A stretch of DNA of 64,000 nucleotides from Psammoneis japonica (lineage: Eukaryota), in NCBI GenBank assembly GCA_008632985.1, contig QPGO01000013.1:620001-684000 (forward strand). The letters run 5' to 3'. A model generated the notes under the pieces. It did no database searches, had not been told where the DNA came from, and saw nothing but the letters and a program-made list of their open reading frames with translations. This document shows, piece by piece, positions 21,975 to 35,319 of this stretch. A program made the translations under genes and the position numbers. Numbering within the stretch: the first letter of the stretch is position 1; each line of letters starts with the position of its first letter.

Positions 21975-23234
21975 ATGGAGCAACCCGACGGTGTGTATTC
22001 GATTCATTACAACTCGGAGAATCACTGTTCTGTGATTTTTCAGAACCGTGGATCGGTTTGGCAAAAGGCATGTTAAGATTTTGCAGTGTCGCTCGTTGCA
22101 GTAGTCCCGGATCTGCAATTCGCTCACCAACTACTGTACTCGTTTCTTATACATAATTTCCACTCAGGTCCTTCCCTATGCCATTCTCAATGCATCCGTC
22201 ATGATTTTGATTTCCTACCTCAAGGAATATCAAGACATTGATTTGAGCATTACCGACAAGGGCCATTCCTTCATGACGCTCTTTGTCGCCTTTTTGATTG
22301 TTTCTCGCGTTTCCATTTCACTGGGACGGTACAACGAAGCCCGTACCAATCTCGGTGTCATGTACCGCGAGGCACGCGAATTGATTCAAAACATGAGTGT
22401 CTTTACCAAGGAAGATCAATCGACACAAGCCAAGGAGTGGCGTCATGAAACGGCCTATTATGTGTGTCTCTTGTTGCGTCTTGCCATGGCGGTGATTGAT
22501 TATCCCACGAAAAAACAAGACTGTACGGATTTGCCCGAATTGACGGGTTATCCCAAGGAATTTGTGCAAAAGCATTTGCCCAATAGTGATTGGACGTCGC
22601 ATCAAGCGGCGTGGGAAAACAATATGCGGGTGCCCATTCGCATGGCGTATTTGGTACGAACGACTCTTTATAGCTCCAAGGATCGACTCAAGGTGCCCTT
22701 GGAAACTTGGCAAATTGGAAAATTGTTTGGTGCGGTTGATACGTTTATGGGTGGATATTATGGGTAAGCTTTTTATTGTGTTTTGTGTGTTGCTACACTG
22801 TTGTTTGTTCTGCGCGACTCACTCCTCGCCCCTGTATCTCTTTTCTTTCCAGAATGCGCAAATTCATGACAACGCCCTTTCCCTTTCCCCTCGTCCAAAT
22901 GGCTCGTACCTTTTTGTTTCTCTACGTCTTTACACTCCCCTTTGCACTCTTGTCGGATTCGAGTGAATGGATCGCACACGCCACGGTCATTTTCATGGTG
23001 ACCTATGGCTTTGTCGGACTCGAAACCGTTTCCATTGAATTGGACGATCCCTTTGGAGATGATGAGAATGATTTTGATAATTTGGGCATGGCTCTGACGG
23101 CCTTTGAAGATACCTTTTTGTCCATTGACGATGTCGATGGACCCGAGTGGACCGAAAAGTTGAGGGTCAAAATGAATCCTCCCGAAATGAATGGTGGAGT
23201 TACGCCGACGGAAACGACCAATTTGATTGTGTAA
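21975..23234 (+). CDS. Bestrophin-family (UPF0187-type) anion channel, exons 21975-22067, 22168-22763, 22853-23234
   Basis: GSVWQK|VLPY, FLIVSR..RYNEAR, TPFPFPLVQMARTFLFLYVFTLPF, GLETVSIELDDPFGDDENDFD. The first intron is GC-AG. Confidence 0.9.
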
Positions 23235-23588
23235 CAACAAAAGTTGTTGTGACGATGAGAAACAGTTGTTGTTGGAGTAGAGTAGTATTTTAGAGCGAGT
23301 ATGTGTGGTCGTTTGGGGTGAGCTAGGACCTCTCAAGCTTACAGGTTCACTCGAGCCCCTTCTAGCTATAGAGGCTGCAACGTAGTAGTGTAACCTCAAA
23401 GGCTACGTGTTTGTAACGAAAAAAGAAAACCGAGTATGATGTAGGTCGATTTGAGTATAGTAGTATTTCTTAGGACGAGCGTAATCGGATTGTAGACCAG
23501 AGAGATGTCAACGCTTCATCACTCTCAAGCTCTACCGTAGAGAAAGGATCATTATCCTGAGAGACTACTTTTGAGAAACAAAATTTAA

Positions 23589-24356
23589 TTATTCTTTCTC
23601 AAACGACACGTCATCGTCGTCACTCTCTGTAAAGGAACGCTCGTCTAGGGATTCTCGAATGTCTTGTTCCAAGAGCCAAATTTGCTCGCGTTGCACGTCT
23701 TCCAAGAGATCCAGTCTTCGAAACTTGTCCCAAAGAAGCAAAGAACGAACATGTTCCACCACCAAGAGGGTATCCTCCTCTGAGTCGCCGTGGATTCGAA
23801 ATTTCAAAATTTGCTTGTCTGGATCACTGCTGTGGAAAAAGACAATTTCGTTGACATTTTTGTCGTCACTACAAACATTTACTTTTCCAATCTGACTCAG
23901 CGGAATCCAATACACTAGCTCTTTTGTGGAGTCCATTGTCGTTTCAGATAGATTGCTCGTCAAGAGTTGATCCGAGTCGCAAAAGTCTTTGTTTTTCGCG
24001 TCAAGCTGCGATGATATTTGAATCACTGGCCCCAAAGGAAAATCTCTCACGCAAAGAGTCGAGTTGAGCCATAAGACTTTTGTTTCTCTTTCTTCTTCTT
24101 CCTTTATTGTCTCTTCGCAACTCTCCTTGGATGATTCTGCCACTGTCTGCTCTTTCTCTATTCTCTCATCAGAAGAAGTAGAAGAACATGATGTAGCTTT
24201 ACGATGCCATTGGATTGGCAAAGATTCCAGAGCGTCAATGGCTCCACGCGCATCATACTCATCCTCGCTTTCATGACACGGACAAAAGAAACCAAACCAT
24301 ACCAATTTACGCAGTGCACCCACGCGGGAGCAACAACAACAGCAGCAACAAGGCAT
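23589..24356 (-). CDS. Hypothetical protein with poly-Cys N-terminus; paralogue of 16566-17345
   Basis: 255-aa ORF sharing colinear motifs with the 259-aa ORF. Confidence 0.75.
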   Translation of the reverse strand: MPCCCCCCCSRVGALRKLVWFGFFCPCHESEDEYDARGAIDALESLPIQWHRKATSCSSTSSDERIEKEQTVAESSKESCEETIKEEEERETKVLWLNSTLCVRDFPLGPVIQISSQLDAKNKDFCDSDQLLTSNLSETTMDSTKELVYWIPLSQIGKVNVCSDDKNVNEIVFFHSSDPDKQILKFRIHGDSEEDTLLVVEHVRSLLLWDKFRRLDLLEDVQREQIWLLEQDIRESLDERSFTESDDDDVSFEKE

Positions 24357-25033
24357 TCTTTTTGAGAGAGGTCGTTGCTACCGTCCTACCGTACCAGGGG
24401 GTAGGCTTGCGACTCTCTACTTTATTTTAGTAGAACGAGTGCGGTATAAAATCAAGTTTTCTTTCCTGACGACTGCGGCTTTATAAAAATCACGTTTTCT
24501 CTCCCGATAACCATAGAGATGCCCAGTTGTCCCCACTCCAAGATAGACAATGATCTCCACAGTAGACACAGCGTAAGGTATCGCAACACCCCTCTCAAGA
24601 ACTTCGAAACTCCCCGCTTCTCGACTGGACTAAACAACATTGTCGCACCGCATTCCGCATTGGATGCAACGCGAGCAAGTCAGTCGTGGGATGTGATTAT
24701 CGTCATTCGGAACTGGATACATACAAGTAGTGCTCACGACTGAACTACCCGGGGGTGCGGCGGCGCCTGATCGCGCGTCCGATTTTGCTTGATTGAATGA
24801 TTTGCTGTGCTCTGCAGCAAACGAGACCAAGAACTATAACTAAACTGCAAAAATAACAATCGCTATCATTCTCTTTTCCCATTACAATTTGCCATATGCT
24901 CTAATTAGTATTCGCGAGAATAATATATCTTAACGGGAACACGCTACACATGAAAACATTGAAAAGAATCTTCAGATAGTGCAACTCGGGTCGATGGGCG
25001 TCGACAAGCATAGAGTAGAACATTGATTGAACA

Positions 25034-25826
25034 TTAACAGCAGTTGGACATTGCGCTCCGTCTATCATCTTCTCCAGTTCCTCCATCATTGCCCAAAACA
25101 ACAGTGTCTCTCACCACCGACGGAGTTTCCGAAGCACCAGCTCCAGGCATACCACCGCTGCCCTCCAACTCATCGATTCTCTTGTGTTTAATAGTCGTAG
25201 CTAATGCCGTAAACATGCTCTCTACATTGTGCCCCGTCAAAGCAGAGGTTTCAAAAAACTGGACACCATATTCTTCCGCCAGATTCTTGCCCTCGTCAAA
25301 TGTCACAACCCGATCATTGTCGAGATCACTCTTGTTACCACAAAGGACAATATCGCAGTCTGGCGGGGCTCGGGTTTTAATATCACGCATCCAACCAACC
25401 ACGTGATCAAATGAAGGGCGATTTGAAATATCATAGCAAAGAACAAAGCCATCGGCTCGTCCGAAAAAGTTCGATGTCAGCGATCGAAAGCGTTCTTGTC
25501 CAGCGGTATCCCAGAGTTGAAGACGCATTGGAGCTCCTTCAATCTAACCGACGACAAAAATTCGAAACCGGTCAGCAACGTCCATAACTAGAAGAAATAT
25601 ACTCATCCAACATTATAAATCATACCTTGACCATTTTATCTCTGTAATCGACTCCGATTGTAGTAACAAACTTGGTTGAAAACACGTTCTGGTCGAATCG
25701 GAGCACCAGCGACGTCTTTCCACACGCTGAATCGCCTACCATTAGCAGTCGTACAATATAAGCCCCCTTTGCTCCCATTTGCAAGGGACGCGGCTGCCCC
25801 GATGCTCCTTGGTCTTGTGTTGCCAT
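25034..25826 (-). CDS. Rab small GTPase (Rab8/Rab1-like), exons 25826-25626 and 25543-25034
   Basis: GDSACGKT, TTIGVDY, WDTAGQERF, GNKSD, ETSA and a C-terminal CC prenylation motif. Confidence 0.95.
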
Positions 25827-26669
25827 GGTCAAACGGTATGTTTTCTGAAAGAATGACAATGCAAAAAGCAGCGACACGGACCGTGTGAGCTCGAGAGAGA
25901 CGGTCAACGGAACAAATAATAGCATACGTGACTGAATTTAGAACATTTAGAGATGAATTCTCATCGAACATTCAGATTCTACCAGAACTGAATATTTGGA
26001 TAACCAAAATCCATTAATAAAAACGCGAGTCCGACAAAATGCCATCGCGACGTCGGTTCCCGCCGCCGAACAGTTGAATTTTGCCGGCTCGCAATGACAA
26101 CAACGTGCAACGCAAAAAGCAAAAGGACTGTCCATCAAGGCACTCACAGTTGTCTCGACTATCAGGAAAAAGAAAACAAACAAATCTGTAGTGACCAAAC
26201 TCGATAAGAGATGCTGGGTTGCGACCTAGGCGTTGCGAAAACGCAGACACGGTCTTGTGTGATTGTGTAAAACGTCGTCGTACAAAACGTACGTCGCGTT
26301 ACAGTATTGCCACCAGAACACCCGTTGAATTTTTTGGTACGACGTGTCTCGTAATGTTTGTACGTACACGATTTCCCGTACCCGGTTCAGAATTCAATGG
26401 GATGATTATTCGATCGCTTGGATTTGATCCTCGGTCTCCTCGGTATGGTACTGTAAGTCCCTCTCTCTACTCTACTAGCTAGAGAGGCACTCCTCTCGCA
26501 ATCGTACTGTAGCATGTAAGATACATGCTACAACACCATTCTCTTTTAGACATGCTATGCTAGTCCAGACGCTGAATCTTTGCTGTGCTAAAAGGAATCA
26601 CCGAACAAATGGACTCGACTTTTGGGATTCTATATTACAGCGTTAGTTGCTAGCTTCTAGAGAGAAGAC

Positions 26670-27611
26670 TTATCCGAACTGTGAAACGCAAAATGAAAAA
26701 AGGACAGAATGAGTGAGGCATTACAATCAAAGCCAAACTATACAAAGAACAGTTCATCAAAGTAGAACTCACAGGAGCCATGGGTTCACCATCATAGTGG
26801 GAAACTAGTCCCTTGAGAAGAGGAACAGATCCTTCGACTCGTTGTTCCGCCAAGAAACCGAGGATACCAATCTGAGCAAGACGTCCGTTGTTGAGCTCCT
26901 TGATGAGTCCTTCCGCCTTTTGCTCCTCGGTTTTTCCCTTGGAGAAACCAAAGGGATCAAAAAGGTTGAGAGGAACCGGGTGGGGGATCAACTCGGTGTG
27001 ATCCGAAAAGTTGGGGAATGCGCCGGGCTTGCCACCGCGCATGTAATGTTCCCCAGCAGCTTCCGAAAACCATTCCAAGAAACCGATAAAGAGAATAATC
27101 TGCCACTTGGCTGCATCGGGAAGAGCATCCCATTGTTCCGGGGGCGAGCCAGCGTCAGCGGGGAAAGGATCTCCAGAGAAGGTCATTGGCCAGGGGAAGT
27201 GGACTCCGTTGGATTGGAGGATGTATCCTACAAAGGCAGCCATGGCAACACGTCCGTGCTTAATCTCAGAGTGACGCAAGAAAGCAATGGTGGCTTCATT
27301 TGATTCACCCCAGATCGTGGTGGTAGACAACTCCAAAGGATCATAGTACTACATTGAGTAAAATAGCACGAGTGAGTGAATAACATTCTCCCATATTCTC
27401 ACATGAATTCGCGCCGAGCTAGGGTCTCGCTAATCTACAGTAAACAAGCATTCCATACCTTCAAGACAGGGTTTGACTTTTCGGCAATGGCTTTGAGGTC
27501 ATCAATGTTGGCAAGAGCACCATTGAGAGAAGTTGCGGTACGTGCTTCATGACCTGACGGTGTGAAGGCAGCGGCCGATCCGGCAACGAGAGAAGCAATT
27601 GCGAGTTTCAT
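26670..27611 (-). CDS. Fucoxanthin-chlorophyll a/c light-harvesting protein (Lhcq-like), exons 27611-27459, 27348-26773, 26678-26670
   Basis: Signal peptide plus AAAFTP (ASAFAP-type) plastid leader. LHC helices FLRHSEIKHGRVAMAAFVG and KELNNGRLAQIG. A 9-nt last coding exon gives ..EPMAP|FG*. Confidence 0.95.
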
Positions 27612-28102
27612 GGTGCTTTTGACGGAATTCAAAAGTGGATCGCGTTCAACGTGAGCAACGACCACGATGAGATTTTGCTCGCGGCATGCCAATCTTTCCT
27701 TGGTATGTTTCTCGTAGGACTCTACGTGAGCGAAATGGCGGGCATGGGTCTTGCACGGTCCGTCCCTTGAACTTCAAGGATCGCGTTGACGCGCGCGGCA
27801 CGCGCTGTTTGTTTACGAACAATGAAGCTTCGTTGCTGTATAAAAGAATACATTTGATGTTGCCTGACCTCGCAATAACGGACGACGACACGACGACAAT
27901 GACAATGACAACCTGACAACGACCGTATGCTATCCGACAACCTCAGCACAGAGACACTCCGAGCACAAAGTGACAGGCAACGATACCATTAAGCAACACT
28001 GAAGAAGCGACAAGCGAAGAAGTAGATTGATAGCGACCAAGCACGTACTGAGAGCCTTCTTATTAGTACTCAACTTCCTTTCTGGAGATTCTCACTGTAA
28101 GC

Positions 28103-29596
28103 ATGGCGCTGATTATTATGGGAGCCGGCGCCTATGCGGCCTATATTGCTTCCAAGCAAGGAGAAGGTGAGGCGGTTGAAGCACCAGCGTTCGATGAGAG
28201 CTTTGACCTTTCCGGAAAAATACAAGAAGATTTGTTGCCCATGGAAGTGACGCTTGATGTGTTGGAAACCTCCATGACAACCATTACCTTTCTCCAAGGC
28301 AACTACAATGAAGCGGCAGTATTCTTTCGAAAACGTGTTGCAGACGTTGTGTACCGGAACCCCTTTCTCGGTGGTTGGCTCGTCATCAAACCAGGCGAAA
28401 AATTTCCAAAGCTCGTCTATGATCCGAGTAGTGATGATGTCTGCGACGGTATTTTAAAAGTATTGGAACCGGGAGAAGTAAATCTGAGTTTCCCCGAAAC
28501 ACCTTATGAAGAGTACGGTACGGTAATCGGCTCGCACGGAAAGGTCCCAATGACGAAATCCTTGATCAATCGACAAGATGAACCTATTTTTCGAGTGGCG
28601 ATCATTCCAGACGCCCTGCATTCACCCAATAGGTTTGCCTTGGTAATGAGCATGAGTCACCAATGCGGCGATCCTTATACCTTTTATCGGATTCATTCCA
28701 TGCTGCTCAGTAGCAACGACGACGTGGCAACCATGAACCCTCATCGAAAACTTAATTTCTCAGAGGCTCTCTTTCATCGAATGGGACAACATGAAGCATA
28801 TTATATTCGAAACGCACTGTCGAGTCCCTTTTGGGAGTGGTCTCCAAAGAAATCAGAAGGGGTTCGTATTGTGAGAAAAATGTTTTATGTATGCAACGCG
28901 TGGCTCGAACGCGAGCAAGAGGCACAGCAGCAAGACAGCCACGCCGGATTGCTCAAGCCGTCACAAACGAGTGTACTGAGTTGCTGGTTCTTCAACCTGG
29001 TAAAACCTACGGTTGGTTTCATTCCGCTTAATTTCAGAAATCAACTCCCCGAATGCGGTATTGGTGATGAGGATGCGGGGACATATCATAATGTTGTTCC
29101 ATTCACGAGGTGAGAACTGGGGTTGATCGTTTCGTTGCTAGCTATCTTTGTTTCATATTGTCATTTCTAACAGCATTTTCGTACTGTATTGATTAGCGTG
29201 GAATACGCGAATCCTACATTGATTGAGAGATCACTTTTGAAAGGCAGACGGACTGTCGGTAATGCGGATCCTGGTGCACTCCCGCGGTTCCAACGCAATG
29301 CCACGTATTCAGTGGTTGCAAATTGGAGCATCTACACAGAGGATTCCAAACAGTTTTTATCTGCAAATTGTGACAAGTTCCGCCCCCTCCTGCACATGCC
29401 ACTTTACAATGCAAAAGACATGAAGGTCTTGCCGGAAAAGTTGTCCTTTCTACAAATCTTTGCAGCGTCTCCTACTGCTGTTGACGACAGTGAAGACCAC
29501 TCTGTTAGACTTGGTGCGTTCATGGTGGTGCCAGAGCCCTTCATGATGGAAATAGACTCGTGTGGTATTGTAGACGAGGTGATTGCTCAAGTTTAA
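28103..29596 (+). CDS. CoA-dependent acyltransferase-like (HXXXD) protein, exons 28103-29109 and 29197-29596
   Basis: NPFLGG..L and FALVMSMSHQCGD motifs; in-frame GT-AG intron. Confidence 0.7.
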
Positions 29597-30091
29597 AGAT
29601 AGCAATGTGGGGCTACTCTAGCTAGCTGAAGAGCATCTTAGTTCGTGCTCATTCCTAAATCACTGCATTCTGGTGGTTGCCCAGTTGGGCGGTTTTGGCA
29701 TGCAAAATGAGAATGATTGACAAATTCGTCACGCACGTCCGTCCGTGCACAGCGTCACGCACAATCGCAACCAAACGTGTGGCGCGCCAGAGGTGCATAA
29801 ATCGTCTGCTGTCTCAGCGCGCGCACGAACGACAACAGACGATTTATGCACCTCTGTGGCGCGCCGGGAATGACCATTGAATCATATTTGTAAATGAATA
29901 TACTTTAATATATTTGAAATTTCTTTCCCGTTGCGGTACTCCCAACGGCAAAACATACCGTTGTTCTGTGGTACAAGAAATTACGTTGATTTCTACGGAA
30001 TCGCATTTAGCGAACTCCAACGCCATCTGCGTGCATCCTTGCAATGCACACACGATACACACAATAACAAACTTTTTGCACATCACCCACC

Positions 30092-33000
30092 ATGTACCGG
30101 TCCACGTTGTTGTTGCGGCATCCTCGACCGCTGTTGCGGAAACGATTACAACACGCCATTGTAACAATATCACGTCAAGAACGAATAACAATACAAGAGA
30201 CGACGGCAACAAGAGCGTTATCCACGACAGCATCAACATCAACAACAGAGAGTGATGGGTCATTTGCACGGTATGCCGGAGTAATGGCCGTGGTTGCGAC
30301 GACAGCCTATCTCCATGATGTAGTAAAGCAACACCAACAACAAAAGGATTGTCAATGTGACGCCATGGCAACACCCTTTATGGACACACAACAACGAAGA
30401 ACCGTTTCGTTGTCTTCCAAAGTCGCGTCCACCGAGGGCAATACTACAACAAGCATTGCTCCACAACCCACGCGACGATCGACTTATCGTCAAGGACCAC
30501 GTAATGTTATGTTACAACACATGAGAAGTGTACGTGCACGAACGTTGGTGGAAAAGTACAAGGTGGATTGGGATACAGTGCTTGGTGAAGGAGCGTATGG
30601 GAGCGTGTATCCAGCACGATTGGCCACGACGGGAGAAAAGGTGAGTGTCGTGAATTGCGGAATCATGACAATGGAAAGACACTTGTCGTTGCTTTCACAC
30701 TGTACGGCACCAATTGCAATGCGAGAGTACCAAACGTTGTCTCTTTTCGACACGCCATGGTGCATGCAATTTTCCTGTGTGACACTCGCTCTGCGCACTT
30801 GTCATAAGTAGAAATGACGTGTGAATGATAAAAAGTGACGCGTCAATGACGTTTGTCGTTAAATAAAGTGAAATCGGCGACCTTTGTCGGTCGTTTGCAA
30901 TTGCCTCCATCCGGAAGTTTTTTGGCGCGTCGTGCTCATGACATCAAGTCGTCGTCACGCTGTTTTGTTTTGTGTGGCCAATGATGTTTTTCGTTTTTCC
31001 ACGCGTCATTGACATGAGAGTGTTTACGAACTCGTCATGATGGAATCATGATCTTCTCTCCCTCACATTTTCACAATTTCTACGTTTTATTTTCAGGTTG
31101 CTCTGAAGAAAATCTCCAAACGCTACACCAACTCGTCGTCCTTCAAGACGGAAACCGACGCACTCCTTCGTATCTTTGACAATGGCGGTCATCCCAACAT
31201 TTCGGGATTGCGTGACATGTACGAGGATGCGACTCATTTTTATCTCATGTGAGTACTAGCTAGTTCATTTGTTTTCGTATTTTTCAAAGAAGAAGCGAGA
31301 AAATCTCAGTAAAATCATGATTATTTTGTTGATCACCAGTCTTGATCTCGTATCGGGCGGAGAAATGTTTGAACACTTGATCAATTACGGAGCCTACAGT
31401 GAAGCGGACGCGGCACGGCTCATGCAAGAAGTCGCATCGGCCTTGGCCTTTATTCACGGCGTGGGTGTGGTGCATGCCGATTTGAAACCCGAAAATTTGT
31501 TGTTGTGTTCCAAGAACCGTCACGATGGAACGATTAAAATGATTGATTTTGGCTGTGCCGTGGTGAATGAGGGATTGACCGACGAAGACGACAATGACGA
31601 CGGTTTCTTTGCCAAACGCAAACGCCACAAACCCAAAATGGCATCGTCGACGGGAACGACGGCGTATTGGCCACCGGAGCGGTTTGCCAACAAGGGAGAA
31701 GCGGACGCTCCCATGGACATGTGGGGTGTCGGTGTCATTTTGTACATTATGTTGACGGGCATTCATCCCTTTGACGAACGAGGCAATTCGACGGATGCCG
31801 AGATTGAAGCGAGAATACGCGACAATTCCTCTCCACCGTTGGGACCCGGTTACACGGATCACTTGTCCGAGTCGGCGGTGGATTTGATTGTCAAGCTCAT
31901 GCACAAGGATCCGAAACAGCGCATTTCAGCCTATGACATGTTGCATCATCCGTGGGTACGTGGCGAAACGGCGGCACGGGAGAAAATGGTGGATTCCGAC
32001 AAAAAGTTGTCGCGGTTCAAGGATTTGCGCAGCACGTTGGAAGCGGGGATTTTTGCCGTTTTGGTGAGCAATGCATACCGCAATGTCGATTTGAAGGAAC
32101 GCAAACGCAACACCAAGAATGTCTTTGGTGGACACGACGAGGATGATGACGGCAAGTCGTCGACGCATATTATGAAGCGCGCTTTTGAGATTTTTGACGC
32201 GGAAGGCAAGGGATTCGTCACGACGGATGATTTGAGGAGCGTGGTTCGCGATCGGACCGGATCGGAACTGTCCTCGTCGGATACGCAAGAGTTTCTCACC
32301 CAGGGCGGTGCCGCGGAGCGTTTGAGTTTGTCGGATTTTTCCAGTCTCTTTTCGAGTCTCCATCACAAGCACTTTCCACGCGGTCACGTGATTTTTCATG
32401 CCGGTGACGAGGGCGATGCCATGTACTTTTTGTGTTCGGGTAAGGTGGAGGTGCAAACGAGAAAGGGACAGCTTGTGTCCATTTTGCGAAGCGGGGATTT
32501 CTTTGGTGAGGGCAGTCTTTTGGATGATGAAAACAAGCGATTTACGACCATCAAGTGTGCGACGCCTGTGGATGTATTGAAAATTGGAAGAGAAGACTTT
32601 GATCGGTGCGTGTCTTTCTATTCCTTTGTGTATTGTATTGCTATTGATGTGCTTCTTTCTTGCTCATTTCCATCATTGATTACTACAATACAGTTACGTC
32701 ACGTCGTCCGAAAGAGCCCGCAACGAGCTTCGCTTAAAGTGGCGCGGTCGCAACCTGGCGTACGCCAAGAATTTGATTCGCTTGCAAACCAATGTTCAAA
32801 CGAAAATTTTGAAACGGGGCGATGTCGTGTACCGCGAGGGCGATGTCGGCACGAGCATGTACCGCGTCTGCGACGAACACGGCGGGGAACTTGCCGTGTC
32901 TCACGGCGACACGGTTGTGCACAAGTACACCGAGGGCGAGTCGTTTGGAGAGTCATCCCTCTTGTTTGCTCGTCCCCGGTCTTCGACCGTGACGTGTGTT

Positions 33001-33381
33001 TCCGACACGTGCAAGGTGCACAAGATGCGTGGCGAGGATTTCATGGCGCTGGTGGAGGCGTCTCCGGAAATGGCAGCGTCGTTGCGTGACATGTGTCGTA
33101 AGCGTCTTTTCAAAAAGGCGGTGAAATCATACTCGTTGGAGCGCAGCCAGGGTTTGAGCAATGCCCACATTGAAGCCGCCTTTCATGATGCCGATGCGGA
33201 TCATTCCGGTTTTTTGAATTACGAAGAAGTCAAGCGTTTGATGCATTTGATGGATCCTCATTTTCCCGTGGCGGAGATTGAAGCGTTGTTGAAATTTATC
33301 GATGTCGATGAGGATGGATTGGTGAGTTTGGAGGAATTCAAGAATTTATTTCGACAATTTGAAGACGAACAAGAGCTGTAA
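30092..33381 (+). CDS. CAMK/CDPK-type kinase with EF-hands and two cyclic-nucleotide-binding domains; 4 exons (about 30092-30640, 31097-31248, 31339-32605, 32694-33381)
   Basis: Kinase motifs LGEGAYGSV, VALK, HADLKPEN, DFG, GTTAYWPPE. EF-hands DAEGKGFVTTDDL, DADHSGFLNYEE, DVDEDGLVSLEEF. cNMP motifs GDEGDAMYF..GDFFGEGSLL and GDVGTSMY..GESFGESSLL..PRSSTV. Confidence 0.9.
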
Positions 33382-33804
33382 GAGCGCGATTTTTGGATAT
33401 TGTACAAAGCATAGAAAAACGAAACTAGTAGAATAATGCGCGCTCTTTTGCAACGGCAGGAGTTTGTTTGTATTGGTAGACAACATGCGACGTGAGAGTT
33501 TGTGGTTGCTACTCTACTAGCTATTGTAGAGGGAGTGGACCAGCCGCCACATTGCTCCAACCGTGCATACCGGTACCTGCTAGCTAGAGTCTACTCTCTA
33601 GATTTCGGATGTCTCGGTGTCTTGCATACGAGTGGAAAGAATACTAGAGAATGATATCGCACTTGTACAAAACAATAGTTTGTTTCTAATAGTTGAGAGT
33701 CTTGTGAGAATGCGACAAGATCGTCTCGTAAATTACTACTCAAAGGCCCGTACGATAGGTGTAGACAGCAGCAACAGAGCACTGCAGGGTCGTACTACAA
33801 TTCT

Positions 33805-35004
33805 CTAAATCTGCTTCATTTCGGCGTCTTCCTCCTCCTCCTCCTTTTCGTCCTTGACTTCAGTTGCCTCAACCTTGGCAAAGTACTCTTCATAGACGAG
33901 ATCCTTATCGAGTTTGCCGTTCAGAGTCGCAAATCCCTCGGGAATGCACTCGTCTCCCAGCGCCTCTTCCAAGACGGCATTGTCCTCCAAGACTTGAATA
34001 CGTCCACGCACCTTTTTCCCCACAATGGGTTTCAAGAGTTGCACCATGACATTGCACCACACGGGGCTTTCCAACAAAAAGAGCGACTTTACTTTAATGG
34101 GCAAAACGCCAATCGAGAGTCGATCCAATTTGAGCAACAGTTTGGGAGGCACAAGCGTCATGCCGGTCCAAAACTTGATGCGTCCCATACAGTTCGCCAC
34201 CACCATGCCAAAGTCTTGTGCCTTGGTATCCAACAAAATGTAATGCGCCAACCACACAAAGAGACGAAGCGTGTCATTCAAATCACGACCTTTAATGGCA
34301 TCCAAATCCTCCATGGCTGCCACATTGATCCACCACACCAAACGACCGTGCGTATCGTGCGATAGTTGAAATTTCCAAGCCTCCCATGCCTCCTTGACGG
34401 ACGCCGTGGATAAACCTTCCAACGAGGTCGCATTGGCATGCATCCACGAGGCATACGATTCGAGACGTGCAAACGCCTTGGTAATGTTATACGTGGTTTC
34501 CACCGTATCTTCATTTTCTTCCACCACACCCCACTTGACAAAGGCAACAAAGACGTCCTTTAAAGTCTTGCCAAAGACGGCAGCCGGTACGGATTCAAAG
34601 TCCCACTTGGCGGCATTCTTCTTTTCAACAGATCGCTTTTCTTCCACCAATTTCTGGAGTTGCGTCACACCACTTTCAATAGAATCACTGTATAGAATAC
34701 TCGAATCAGCATTATTTTTCGATTCTTGCTTTTTTTCTTGTTGCTTTTGCTTGAGATTTTCAACCGATTTCTGAATGGCACGTGTCGAAGAAGCCTTGGC
34801 GGTTTGATAACGTTGTTTGAGGTCTTGCACGAGACGCTCCTTTTTGTTCGTGGTACTGCTTGACGACGTAGTTGCTTCGTCAGTGTCAGTAGTCTCGTCG
34901 TTTGTAGCTGTGGCTACGGGAGCAGCAATATCTTCTGTAACAGGAGGAGGAGTCGTCTCGGTAGAGGGAGCTGCGGCGGCAGGAGCGTCGTCGGATTGCG
35001 TCAT
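33805..35004 (-). CDS. CRAL-TRIO (Sec14-like) lipid-binding protein
   Basis: Long ORF with ATG at 35004; C-terminal PIKVKSLFLLESPVW..LLKPIVGKKVRGRI..IPEGF..GKL pattern. Confidence 0.8.
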   Translation of the reverse strand: MTQSDDAPAAAAPSTETTPPPVTEDIAAPVATATNDETTDTDEATTSSSSTTNKKERLVQDLKQRYQTAKASSTRAIQKSVENLKQKQQEKKQESKNNADSSILYSDSIESGVTQLQKLVEEKRSVEKKNAAKWDFESVPAAVFGKTLKDVFVAFVKWGVVEENEDTVETTYNITKAFARLESYASWMHANATSLEGLSTASVKEAWEAWKFQLSHDTHGRLVWWINVAAMEDLDAIKGRDLNDTLRLFVWLAHYILLDTKAQDFGMVVANCMGRIKFWTGMTLVPPKLLLKLDRLSIGVLPIKVKSLFLLESPVWCNVMVQLLKPIVGKKVRGRIQVLEDNAVLEEALGDECIPEGFATLNGKLDKDLVYEEYFAKVEATEVKDEKEEEEEDAEMKQI

Positions 35005-35319
35005 GGTTGAAAAAGATACAACAATGTGTGCTGTCGTGGCGATAGCGTGCATGCGGAAGAAAAAAATGACCGAATGACCTACGCATGGAATGTACGGAAT
35101 GCCACGTAGAAAGAGTTCTCGCACAGAAATTCTCGTTTTATTTCGAAACGGCGTTTGTGCTGTAATGTGCTCTGCTCAAGCTATCTGTCTGTCTATCTGT
35201 CAATCTATCTACCTCGGCAGCAAGGTTGCTGCACTCTTCATCATCTCAATAGTTTGTTGATTTCTTGTGCTGAAGAAGGGTTTGCCATTGAAGAGGTTCA
35301 TGCTGCCTGTTATAAGTGG

